Origin: Vicugna vicugna
Taxonomy: Eukaryota
NCBI GenBank assembly: GCA_013265495.1
Contig: MU058065.1
Coordinates: forward strand, 9,837,720 to 9,901,719
Direction of reading: 5' to 3'
Length of the DNA: 64,000 bases
Under the pieces are notes generated by a model. It made no database searches, was not told the DNA's origin, and worked only from the letters and a program-made list of their open reading frames with translations. Position numbers and translations under genes: made by a program. Positions 27,901 to 40,393 of the stretch are shown piece by piece (the stretch's first letter is position 1; every line of letters starts with the position of its first letter).

Positions 27901-29084
27901 TAGACATTTTGTTTTGTTCCAGCATAAAGGCCAATGGTACATATACTCTATGAATAGGTAGGATAGAAAATAGCACTGCTGTGAAAGTTCTTCATTTGTT
28001 TCAATACTAACGTAATTACTGTAGCAAAGACTTGCTCATTTATCATTTCCTGTTGTCTTTGCTATTTTTCCAAGTTGTCTTTTAAAACAAATATCCTCAT
28101 TGTCCTTGTTACAAAACCAATAACTTTATTTCACTGGGTAGGACAGCAAACCAATACAGCTGGGTTTATTCCCCGTCCAGAGAAAGGTCTGTGCCTGGGA
28201 GCCACTAAACAGTCACGCGCATGCCATTGGTGTCCTTCCATGAGGAAGGTGGCGTAATCTAGCTGAGCACTAAGGTGCCATTTAAGAGACATTTTCAGGT
28301 TGCCCTTCATTCTACACTGTGAAGGTTTTCACGAACACCTGAGTTCTAAGCAATATCAAGCATTTTCTTCCATGAACAACACAACAATTTAAGCCTTAAG
28401 AATTGCTGTTGGACCCTTCAATAGACTTTATTTAGCCAGGTGGTTTTAAATATATTCCTATGAATCAGTTTGCTAAGATTTATACTGTGGAAGTGCCAGT
28501 TAATAAAAAGAATCCTTGAAATGGTTGCTGTTGCCTCCTCAAAGAACATCATCAAAGATCTTTCAAACAGGCAGTGTTTGGCTCAACAATTCAGTCAAAA
28601 TGTGTAAGCAGTAGCTAATCTGAAAAAAAGATGACACAGCTTTGAACAGAAGCAAAGCAGGGACCTAGGTTATTAGAATGCTGGTTCGGGATATGGAATA
28701 AGCTGAGAGACCCAATTATAACCAGGCGGCTTTCCTCAGTAACTTACGGTAACGAAGGGTCTAACTTCCTTTCTAGCCAGATGCCTCTTCATCATTCTGG
28801 TAAGCCTTTTCAGAAACAGATATTCCTCCTTATTTGTAAAACCTTAAAAGGACATTTCTATTTATGGAATGACCATCATTCAAAAACAAGTGTGTGTGCT
28901 TCAAACAGTGAAATGAAAAGAAAATTGGACTAAGCTGATGATCCTCAATTGAAGACGGTAGCTCTTCTTGGGTCACAGGAGAATTGAGAAATGAGTAGGG
29001 AACCCACCTCTGGACTTCGTAGTGCCCCCTGACTTCTAGAACCTGTGTATTGTATACTTTCCTATAATCTCTAACACCATAAAG

Positions 29085-29275
29085 CAGGGTTTCCAAGCCT
29101 TGGCATTTTGGCTGGATAATTCTTTGCTGTAGGGACCTGTCGTGTGCATTGCAGGGCATTTAATTTAGTAGCATCCCTGGCCTCCACCCACTAGATGTAA
29201 CTAGAAACCCCCCTCCCCAGTCAGTCAAAACTGTCTCTAGATATTGTCAAATGTTGCCCTAGTTGAGAACCACTG
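29085..29275. mobile_element. MER20 hAT-Charlie MITE
   Basis: cagggtttcc...ggctggataattctttgctg...agcatccctggcctccacccactagatg...gttgagaaccactg is a close match to the recalled MER20. Confidence 0.88.
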
Positions 29276-29344
29276 ACACTGGGTAATGGTCAACAACTTT
29301 CCCTCAAGTTCATGATTTTTAAACTAAAGTTATATACTTGATTA

Positions 29345-29525
29345 AAGAATCCTAAATCCAGAAAGACATCATTATAATCTAATCTTATTTTCAAATTCTG
29401 CTGATGAGAAAACTGAGTTTCTGAGAGGCTAAATACCTATTTAAGTTTTGATGACGAAGCTTAGAATAGAGATTAGACTAAGTCGAAAGTTTCTGCATTC
29501 CTGTTCCAGGCTCTTTTTCCCACAA
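29345..29525 (-). mobile_element. MIR SINE
   Basis: gatgagaaaactgagtttctgagaggctaaatac...ccaggctctttttccc. Confidence 0.6.
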
Positions 29526-31639
29526 AATGCTCTTTTCAAGTTACTTGCTCTGAAATTATGAAATAAATATGAATACCCATATCATGGGAGAATAACTTTG
29601 CAGAGAATCCAAAACAATAGTTAACATGCATATAATTTCTAGTTGATTCTGGAAAGAGCTAAGTGAGCCTATTCCAATGGTATTATTTTCCTGATATGAT
29701 GATGACAACGATGATAATCATGATTATAATGAAGATGACAGTGGTTTTCTTAGGATAACATTACAGTTAGCTGTGTTTCCTAAGCACGTAGCAATTCACG
29801 GCTAACGTTACAGCTGAGAAGCGTATTAAAGGCAGAGAGCAGTAAGCTTGAATGTTAGAATATAGTCCTGATAACCTGCTTGGTAAGTGAGAGTTAATGG
29901 TTGTCTATCATTGTGAAAGACGTTCTGCTTACTGTTAATTCTTCTACATATAGAGGACAATGTGGACACTTTATTAAAATTACCTTACAGTTAAGTGTCC
30001 CTGGCCTGCCTGTTGGTTCTTTCTCATGCTTGTATAGCTACATTTCATTAAAAATCAGAAACAAATGCGTATATGCTCACTGCGGGGAAGGTGAGTGTCT
30101 GGGGTTTGGGGACAGGGATGGGATTTGCTCAGAGATTATTTCAAACAACCAGAAACCTTCATCCTCCCTGGGGCTCTTAATTTTTTTAATTTATTAACTT
30201 TTTTACACGAACATACATATATTTGTTTTCATATTCTTTTTCCTGGGGCTCTTTAAATAACAGAAAAATAAATAGGAAAAAACCCAGTGGTGCAAGATTT
30301 GTAGAATAATCATGACAGTACATGAACAGTCAATCTGCAGAAGTGAATCTGGATGTGTACTGCCTGACAAAACACTAATTGCTTGTTGGTTTAAACTCTG
30401 TAGACTAATAACATGATCTTTCTGGAATACTTAATTTCTGAAGGACAAATGGAGCATGTTTTTAGGCTTCATTTTCTGAATGATTTTTAAAACTGTATTC
30501 AATTTTTTTTTTCGTGAAACAGGCATTTATTTCCAATATTAAATGAATGCTCTTGGGAAGGGGTTTTCTGAAGTATGGCCAGCACACAGAGCTTTGAGTC
30601 TTAAAAAGTGTGAAAGAAAGTTAACAGCAGTAGATTTTTTTTAAATGACCTGGAATATATATTACAGGAATATTATATAACACTGTCAAACACTGGCTGC
30701 ATTCACAGTTCTCTGCAGAACCCTCCATCTCATTCTGTGGGAGATGACTAATAAACCGATTCTCTTTGTGTTTTATGAAATGAAACATTAACCATGTTGC
30801 CATAAAGGACAGTTATTAGCATAAATGCTAAGAATTACTTTAGAATATACCAAAAATCTTAAACTTGCTTTCTAAGATTTATTCATTTTTCTTTGTTATT
30901 GGTCAAACCTCTTTGGATTATATATTACAGAATGGCTTCCAGAGTTAACTTTGTGCAAAAACTTTTGCAGCCTTCACAATACAGAAGGACCTATCCATCC
31001 AAAATGGTTAATATTGATATTCATACCAATATTGTCATTTCTTGGGGCCTATTGAATGAAATCCCAGAGGAACTCAGAAGTGGGGATCGTGGGGCTGCCC
31101 TATGCTTTTCCAGAGCACTAGAAAGCCTTAAAGTCATGAATGGCTTCTGGAGAGCAGGACTCAACTTTACCCTGAATTTACTACTACATCTAGGAAAATA
31201 GGTAAATTGGACAAGAACACCCAAAAATGGAAACTTGATGAAGGAGAGCTACATAAGTCAGTAGTGTTAGTGCAAGCTGTAACTATGGGAGACGAAGTCC
31301 TGTCATCCATATGGATTTGAGGGCAAGAGTGTCCCTGTGTATAGCCATGTGCATCAGGCTGTCTCAGCTGGAGGCCTTAAGCATCTAATGAATGTTCACG
31401 TTCACTGACTTCATTATAATTGGGCTTCTCAATGCATTGGTCAGAGGAACCAAGTCCTCTTGGTGACTTTCTCATTGCAAATCTGTACACAAACACTGAA
31501 TCCGGTTAATCTGAGTTCACTGGTGAGCAACAGCTTACTCTTAAATTGTTGAAAATTTAGATTTCTGAGTCTACAAATTCAAGAGCTTTTGTTATGAATT
31601 TAGTCAACATCCAGCCCTTGCCCTGTCCTGTCACAGTCG

Positions 31640-32000
31640 CCCATCTCTGCTGAATCATCATATCCATGACGTGCTGCCCTTGTTGGTTCTCTGCCCTTGA
31701 CTAAACCTATCTCTCTGCCCCTAACTTCCAATCACTTCCCGAAACTCACCTGGAACTGTGCTCCATAACTGGCAAGTTCCTCTCTGTCCTCAGATGCATC
31801 ACTGAAATTCTCATCTCTCTTCTTGCATACCAAAGCACTAACCTCCCCTGAGAATAGCAAACCCCTTTAGCTTCCTCACATTGTCATCATGTTCTCTCCC
31901 CTCCTCCCCTGCATCTCAGGACTAAGGTGGGGGTGGGATGCTGTCCTCCCTGGTCCTCGGCACTATTTTCAGGTTACTGGACCATCACTTCCCTCAGGCC
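31640..32000 (+). mobile_element. L2 fragment from the 5' (APE endonuclease) region of ORF2, degraded
   Basis: ctggaactgtgctccata...cactgaa...ctcccctgag...ggactaaggtgggggtggg...tgtcctccctggtcc resembles the recalled L2 endonuclease start (WN... and GGGVG-like motif). Confidence 0.55.
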
Positions 32001-33364
32001 TTATCACTGGTTTTCATACAATTTTATGCCTGGAGTTTGGCTCATAAGTTAGATTCTTCTTGGTTACATCTGAGTTCAAACTAAAAGTCTGAGCATTTTC
32101 CAAATGAGCAATTAGAAGGAACAAGCTATGACCCGTGAAACAAGAAATCATGTTTAGAAACGCAGTTTCTCTGAGAGATTTTAGTTTCACAGATATTTTA
32201 AAATATTTTTGGCTGATTATGTTTGTACACAGTCTCAAATTGTCACGATGTGAGGACTGAATTTTTAATGTGCTTGATAATGTGGGTTCATATATTTGGG
32301 GCATGTCAGACTCATTAAGAAAAGCAGCAAATCAAAGTGCTCTGGATATTTTGGCTTTTTGGAAATTGCTTGAATCCTATACATTAGTTTTATGGAGCAC
32401 TATGTGTCTTGAAATTGCACAGAGCGTTTGGACACATCCTATTCTTCTTTCAGTTTCACCCCCATAATTATACTACTGTTCCTTAGGAACAGAAATAACA
32501 CGCTTGAGGTGAAAAGGTAAACCAAGGCGGAGAACTATGTCTCTTTCACCAGTGCTATCTAGCTGTTCGAGCTCAAACGGCTTTTTTCTCTTTGCCTCTT
32601 TGCTAAGAAGACTTATTTTTCCATGATGATCAGTTTTTGCTGAAAATATTTGTTCTGACTTTGATGCTCCCCTTAAATTTTTTGCACAAACAGAAATACA
32701 TTCTTATATACCACATTCCCGTGATTTTTGCTTGACACGTCTCCATCACTGTGGTCACCCACTACGTAGGTTTCTGTTAAATGATGAATGTATAGGTCCT
32801 TCAAACATATACTCTGGGGTTTAAATGACTAATTTTTAAAGCTCAAATAGAAAAGAAATGTAAGTGTATCAGATCATATCAAATGTAAATGTATCTTAAT
32901 CTTACAATTCTGTCAAATGTTATGTCCTCTTACTAAATTCTTATTTGAATCTCATGTTGTAATAATCTGGTGATCATGTTATTTTAAAATGGTCAAGATA
33001 CACCTATCATACATAACATTATGCTGGCTAGAGGAAAACTGAAAAAAATGGCCATGTGAAAAATTTGACATATTGATGTGCTGAAGACTTATAAATGATA
33101 GATGCACAATAAATATTTCTTTATAGATAAATTTTAAAAACCAGCCAAAATATCTTGCAATAAGTTGTTATATGACTTGGGTAGGGAAAAAATAAACCTC
33201 TTGAAATTTTATGGACTCATAAATGACAGTATTTGTATAAGCACTCTGAACACACATGAACAGACCATATCCCATGCAATGTGTTATATTTCCCACAAAA
33301 ATAAATTATTTTCAGTGGTAAAAACAAAAGGAAAATAGCAGCAATATTTAACTTACTGGTTGCT

Positions 33365-33560
33365 TGCTAGTGCCTTACATGGCATCTATTAATTCAAACT
33401 TCAACCCTTGGAAGCAGGCTTATTATTTCTATTAAACAGATGAAGAAACTGAAGCTCAGAATGGTCAACTATTTGGTTCAAGGTTAAATAATCCATAATA
33501 GCATGGCCAGTGTTTAAACGCAGCCCTGCCTGATTTTTAATGACTTTAACCACTAAACTG
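33365..33560 (-). mobile_element. MIR SINE
   Basis: aacagatgaagaaactgaagctcagaatggtcaactatttggttcaagg. Confidence 0.8.
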
Positions 33561-34879
33561 GCTGCCCACCTTTATGGAGGAGAAAAGTAGGTAAGTAACA
33601 CCTCATGGTGAACAATTTGTTTCAGGAAGAAGCATTTCAAATAGGAAAAAAGTGCACATAAATGATGCAGGATGCATTTATGAACTGGGGCATAAACACA
33701 GAGTTTTCCAGAGTGTCTGGCAGGGCAGAAGGCAACTCTTCCGTAGAAAACCTTCATCTGTATTGCAAATACTACTTCTGTGTTTATCTATAACCATGAA
33801 CGTAACATAATATTACAGATGACTGGCTACATGATTTTATGGGGAAAACAATGAAAGCACAGAAGTCCAAGAGAGCAGGAAAAATTGTGAGTTAGAGTTC
33901 ATAGAAAGCTTTATGAATTTTGCAGTACTCTGAAGTAACTCCCAGAGGGGAAAATACTCAAATTGAGACACTTTCCCTCAGAAATCTTGAGAAAATCTTG
34001 ACATCTTAATTCATTTTCTGAGCTTAAATATTCTAGGCTAGTCTGGTGGCACTGTAATAGCCCGGGCAAACATTTTTATTTATTTCACTGTTGATACCAA
34101 TATTTGTGCTACAAGCTGCTGCCTGCATTTGCTGCTATTTATGTTTTTCCTACAGATCAAATTATTGGCCGAGACATAACGTGCTTTCTGGTGAAGTGCT
34201 CCTCGTGTTCATGAGCAAACGGAAAAAGCTTCCATTTTAAATGCAGATTTTTGCCACATGACTGAATTAATTCGTGTTGTCAATATGATCTGTAACCACT
34301 TGGTATTCATGTCTATATGTGTGTGTAGAAGAGCAATCGAGGCAAATAAATAAATCAAGCAAGTGTCCTATTTGCATGGGTGGGTGGTCAATATGTCAAA
34401 GTACTGTGTCCAGTTCCAGGTCAACCACTTACCTTCCATGAGCCTCAACTTTATTTCCCCTAGTATTTGTAACTCCATTTTATTGAGTTGACATTAGAAC
34501 AAATAAGGTAATATGACTGGATCTTTGTAAAACTATGAAGTATCAAACACACATTTTCTTTAATGTAGGATTACTTGGTAACAAACACTATTCTCTTTGG
34601 CTTCTCTTGTGTATGTGGATAAATAAGAATAAGAACGGAATTTTAAAACCAAACAATATAGTGCTTACAATATATAGACATAAGTTCAAAGAGAAAACTA
34701 ACACTATGGAGCGTCTCACAGCAATGTGGATAGCATGGTGAAACATTTTTGAATCTGGAACTCACAAGGGATTAACCTTCAAGGTGCAGAGTGAGCCCTG
34801 AAGCCTCTAAGAATGTTAGGTAGTGACATTGCTCCCCTGATCCCTCACCGTTCACACTTTGTTGAGTTCTGAAATTAGC

Positions 34880-35060
34880 AATGATGGTTTGAACCTTAGG
34901 TCTATTACGAAGTCTTTCTACTTACTCTTCCTGAACCTCCATTTCTCACCTGTCAAATGCATATAATATCGCCCACATTTCTGTTGTCAAGACTGAAGAA
35001 GACAATATATGTGAAAAGCCTTTGCAAATTGCAATGGCTTCTACAGAGAACAAGTTATGA
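34880..35060 (+). mobile_element. MIR SINE
   Basis: ctgaacctccatttctcacctgtcaaatg...aatatatgtgaaaagcctttgcaaattg. Confidence 0.7.
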
Positions 35061-36489
35061 CAATTCACTTAGGCTATCTAGATACCCTTTAAGATGTCAG
35101 TTTCCTCTTAGATGGAATAATAATAGGATGGATAGAATTTGGTTTAAATGTGTATTTCTGGCTACTTTCTTCTATATTTCAGATCTGAGCTTACTATTTA
35201 AATTATTGCTTGAAGATAAGGGAAAGGTTCCTAAAGAGAACATTTCTTAAAAATTAATCCTGCCTAAATGTTAGAAGAAATAGTGAATGGCCACAGTGTA
35301 GTGTGCATCAAGTAGACACATGGACTCCATGAGGTCCTGGACCTAAACACAGAGCAAGGGGGACCCTGGCTCCCTCCCAAGAGTGGGACTGACTCAGGGG
35401 ACCCACTTTCTCTTTGACAGCTAATAAGAACAGAGGACATTTCTCTTCCCCGTATATGGACTATAATCTAATGTACTTTTTATCTCTTCTCAAGCTTTCT
35501 GACTGTTCTGCCATCCAATTCCTGTCGAACCTGCAGACACATGAGGAAGACAGGCTGAGCGTGTTTGCCCTCGCAGCAAACACGCTCGGTATTCTGTGTT
35601 ATTTATTTATTTTTTCCAGTTTGAAAATATACAGAAATGTAACGCATTATTTTCATCTGCCATAGGATCCCTGTCGTTAAGTTATACGTATTTTAATGCT
35701 ATGCTCTAGAATGTTATCAAAAATTGATTTAAAAAAAATCTCCAGCCATATGAAGAGCCTCTTGGCATATTTTATAAAAATCACTGTTGAAGATATTATC
35801 CGTTCCATATTTTCCAGTGATGCTTTAGAAAAAGATCTTTGCTAAATATTTCCTTTCGGATTTAATGCTGGAGAAACTTGGTCTTTGCTCTCTGAACTGA
35901 TCATTTATTTTTATCAGACAATGAAAAACCTAAGTTCCATTCTAACAGAGACCTTGGCTAACATGTTCACCTTTGTAAAGCCCAGGACAGTAAAGTGCGT
36001 GTATCAGGGACTCTGAAAATATTTGTTGAATGAACTGATTCAATCATAACTTCTCTTTTTATATTGGTTGCGAGGAGGCTTAGAGCTAAATGCAGTAACT
36101 ATAAAAATGTTGCTGACGTATTTATTTTCCTCAACAATTCTGCTTTTATGTTTTCAATTTCTCTTTAAACAATTTCATTGAATATATTTTAACTATAAGC
36201 CCTGCAGATACTTTTGGAAACTGGTACAGAGTGTCATTAAAAAAAATACATTTTATTTTCTAGATGATAAAAGGCAAATTAGTTTAACTTCATGATTGTT
36301 ATGTTTGTTTTACATCTAATAACTTATAAAATTAAGTACATTTTTGGTGGAAAAATATATTGCCACTTTTATGAAGAACAATCAGACTTTTAGACAGAAA
36401 AGCAGCACGATCAGAAAATACACACACCAGATGAAGAAAAACAAAATTGTTGCACTTCATTTTTTTTCCATTACAAAGACGTGAGGGCC

Positions 36490-36522
<33 letters not shown>

Positions 36523-36551
36523 TAAGTGTATATATATATATATATACACAT
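36490..36551. repeat. Interrupted (TA)n microsatellite
   Basis: Two TA runs separated by cacatatataagtg. Confidence 0.95.
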
Positions 36552-37058
36552 AAAAGAAAATGTTGCAGATTTCAAGAGGTCTAAAATATTTGCTATATTA
36601 AAAACTTCCAGAAGGAAAGTTTAATATTAGCATTTTGAAACAGTGGAAATCCTTGAAAGCCCTAGCTCTGTGGTTTTGTATAATTGTGTTCTCTGAACCT
36701 TTCTGCAAGTGAAGAGAAAGCCCTAAATCTAAGCCTGTCTTAGACTGATGAAGGGAGAATAGCATTAAGTGGCTTGTTTAGCTCATCAGACAGGAATCCT
36801 GTCTGCCTTGAAACAAAGAGATCCAAAGCTCTTGATTCAGGACCCGCTAATACCTTAGGTCTCATTAAAGTAGAGAGGGCAGAATAGAGACCAAAGTCAG
36901 ACATAATCAGAAAGCAACGCTGGCAGGGACTGATCTGGCAAGTTCTTTGGTTTCCTAGTGTCCACTTCAGTAACATGCCTGCAGGTCACAGAATTCACAG
37001 CTCTGCTTCAGTTCAGTCACACTTTAATTTTATGGGAAGCATGGCTTTCTTAGTTTGC

Positions 37059-37160
37059 TTTTTTTTTTTTTTTTTTTTTTTTTTTNNNNNNNNNNNNNNN
37101 NNNNNNNNNNNNNNNNTACCAAAAGGAAAAAAAAAAAAAAGAGAGAGAGAGAGAGAGAGA
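37059..37160. repeat. T27 run, assembly gap (31 N, 37086-37116), A14 run and (GA)10
   Basis: Directly visible. Confidence 0.97.
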
Positions 37161-38618
37161 TGTAGCTTACTTATTTTTAGATTTAGGCTTTCTTTAAAGT
37201 ATATTTTCATTTATATAATCAGAAATATGTGTTCTTGTATTAATAGCGGCAAGGTAGGCTCAAAGGGAAAAAGGGGAGGAGGCTAAAAGTTTTTAACCTA
37301 CACTATTAAGGACATATGAGGAGAAAATGAGAGTGCGTTAAGATCTGTACTTCCCTCTAGTGGGAGAGTGCATGACTGTTTGTCTTACAAGGGAAGTGAC
37401 TGACATTAACTTAGCGGTGAGCACATAGCAAACTTCTAGGAACATGAGTCACACAGTTCCTGTTTTCCCTCCTTGGGGAGTTTTGAGCATGTGGAACAGA
37501 AATTAAGAGGGCAATGATACACTGAGTCTCTATTTGGTTCCTTTTACTGTTTGCAAAGTATGTTTCCCAAAATTCAGGAAAAATGCAAATAACGATTGGA
37601 TGCTTGGAAATGTTGAGGGGCGTGACTTATTTAAATGATGTCTAAAAAGGGTCCATATTATATTTTTATAAGATCATCAATGGAGATAAAGACATCTAAA
37701 TTAAGTCCAGAGAAATTTTAAAGTGTGTAATCAAAGTTTAATTAGAAATTGCAAGCTTCAATTGACATTATCTTTGTTCTTGTCTTAAATTAGGATGTCA
37801 ACAAACATGTATTTTTAAATTTTACTTTTGTCTCAGAAGTTTTTCTGTGGGACTTACTAGATAAACCTGATGTCAGATTAGAAGATCTTGGACAACACTG
37901 AGTGTCTGAATAGTTTTCATTTGCATGTATTTAAAAACACATTCTCCAGTTCAATAAAGACATAAGACAGGAAACAATGTCAATTAAAAACATTGATACT
38001 GAAGATCGGACGGAGCTCATCTGTTGGAAACCAAACTCAAATGTAAAATTTTTTTGGAATAAAAATTCAACTCCCCAACTCTTTGAACATGGGCAAACTA
38101 TTAATATGCAATATGAATAATATTGAGAGAGTGGTCAACTCGATTGTGATATTTATTGGTGCAATTTTATAAATGCACACATATTTGCATATTGATGCTA
38201 ATCAACTTGAAGAGTTCTTTGTTTCAGGGGCAAAATTCTCAAGGAGAGGCTTGCTTTTCCTAGGAGTCCAATGATGGATGATTCAATGGAGGAGATATTC
38301 ATAAAATTTACATTTTTGAAGATTTTTTTTTCCAAATGAATCACTTTGTAAAATGGGTTTAATAAAGGTATTTTAAGTGCAATTAGTAAGTTACTCCTTG
38401 TATAAAAATGAGATCCTCGGGAAATCTACAAATATTTTAGGCTACAGTAAAATTAAATATGTCAGATAGTGACCTAAAATACCAAGATAGAGTTGTTATT
38501 TGTAATAAAATATAGAATTTAAACTTGGTATCATTTAAAACTTAAAATATATACTATTAGTTTCAGACCTTAATTTTCCATTATTATCTTTTATTACTTT
38601 TAATATTTTCCTGTGGAT

Positions 38619-39195
38619 CAGCATATTCCAAAGTGCATTCTTGGTATCACTACTATTGCAAAATGTGTCACAAAAAAAGTGTTATCCATCAAGTAAGTTT
38701 GGTAAAAGCTACATATTATTAGGAATTATTCATAATTATTTTAGATGTAATAAAGATATTGTAATTTTATTTAAAAAGGATTGATCTTTTAGAGATGCAA
38801 GCTAAAGTATTTGTGAATAAAATGATGTAGTTTCCTGAATGCCTTTCCACATATTTTGAAAGCGGGGAAAGATAAGCGTGGGACTAAGTTAGCCATGAGT
38901 TGATATTCCTGAGTTTGAGCGATGAGAACATGTGGGTTCATTATACTGTATAGCCTACCTTTATGTGTATTTTGTACATATTAGAAATTCTGCACAATAA
39001 AACACACACAAAAAAACATTAAATAAACAAAAGATGCATATCTCTTAAAATGCTTACAGTGCACAGAAGAGCTCTGAGGAGTTCTGGGTAAAAAATTCAT
39101 TTGTTTATCTGGGCTCTTCCCAAACCTATTGACCATGGACTGTTCTTCTCAAGGCACACCTAGTAATCTCACTGCTGGACACTCAGGAACAGCTC
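38619..39195. mobile_element. hAT-Charlie MITE (MER103C-like) split by an L1M insertion
   Basis: Left half cagcatattccaaagtg...tcaagtaagtttggtaaaagctacata. Right half tctctt...gctctgaggagttctg...ttcccaaacctattgaccatgga. Confidence 0.7.
38716..39028 (+). mobile_element. L1M (L1MC/L1ME-like) 3' end fragment nested in the MITE
   Basis: cttttagagatgcaagctaaagtatttg...gccatgagttgata...gggttcattatactg...aataaaa plus an A-rich tail. Confidence 0.75.
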
Positions 39196-40333
39196 TACAA
39201 CATCCACAGAGAACTCATGTTTTTTCAAGTATCATCGTCCATGATAATTCTAGGCTTCCAGCACATGGAAAGTTTTATTTACATGTTGAAAATCATTAAG
39301 ATAAAAACAGAAAATTCAAAATAAGATTCCTTTTGTTATTTTCAAATTCTGAGAGGTTTGCGGTACCTAGAAATAAGAAATATGATTGACCTTTTAAAAT
39401 TTCATCGAGATTTATTACGTATATAAATATAATGGCAGAAATATTGTTAATGGAAATGCAATTTCAGAAAGAGTGAATAGTAGTCCATACTTCGAAAGAT
39501 AAGCCATTTTTGATTGAATATTAGCCATAAATCTAGTTAGAAATGTTTAATAGCTAAATGGACACGTTTTATAAAGTACTACATATCATTATCAACCTCA
39601 ATAATTTTATTTTTATTATATTATATTTTTATCTTAAGTTTCTATAAAATTTAAGAATCTGTTAAAATCTTATTTGAACACCCACAAATTATTTCTCACC
39701 CTAGGAAAATTATATTAAGCAAAAATATTCCTCAAAATAATATTCTATAATTGCTAAATGATTTACATTTCCACATAAAATGCTTTATAATTTTATGTGT
39801 CAGAGCTATATTTTAGTTTCTAAGTAAATTAAAGAAATTTATCATTTTTAAAGTAAATTATCCATCTTTTTAACTTTGCTTCTAAACAGACACAGCCTGT
39901 ATTGCTATTTATAGCTATCCTTTCTTTTTAGTTTTTTTAGAGACTAGCAAACTTTTTTATTGTTGACTTTTATAAAAATTCAAACAGGAACATTTGCATT
40001 TATTACATTATACTGCCAAAAATTGCATTAATTTCCACTGATGCCCATTAATTTGATAAATGTTTTGTCATTTGTACCATTTGCACTGTCAAAACAAGTT
40101 AATTATATCTTACTGACATTTTTGACAACTGCTTTAACTATGGCAAAAAACAATTGTGTCTTATTTGCTTTAACAAAAATTAAATCTTGCCTATTGGAAG
40201 TCTAAACTAAGCAAGAGAAGACGAGCACACGTCAGAAGTCTTGCCAGCTCAATTTAGGATCAACGGTAAACAGTGATTCCCCAGGACTCTTTAATAGGAG
40301 TGTTCGTATTTTGTAGTAGAAAATATTACGTAC

Positions 40334-40393
40334 CTGCATAATCTGTTCTTGCATAATGCCCATCTTCAGATTTAGTAGTGGTAGTTGTGTTAT
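40334..40393 (-). CDS. TMEFF2: TMEFF2 internal coding exon (likely exon 7), Thr-rich linker; 60 nt, phase 1-1
   Basis: Translates (D)NTTTTTKSEDGHYARTDYA(E), in frame with the preceding exon (G|AT = Asp) and matching recalled TMEFF2 sequence. Acceptor ...ttaacacag at 40394-40395 and donor GCAG|gtacgt at 40332-40333. Too short for the ORF track. Confidence 0.95.

Larger units (their letters stand above)
1..40333 (-). other. TMEFF2: TMEFF2 long downstream intron (partial); the EGF-like-domain exon lies beyond the window start
   Basis: Begins at the GT donor at 40333. I did not find the next expected coding sequence (ENANKLEESAREHHIPCPEH...) in 1-40333. Confidence 0.8.

Noticed and set aside
36975..37286. 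ORFs containing poly-F, poly-K and X
   Set aside because: They span homopolymers and the N gap.
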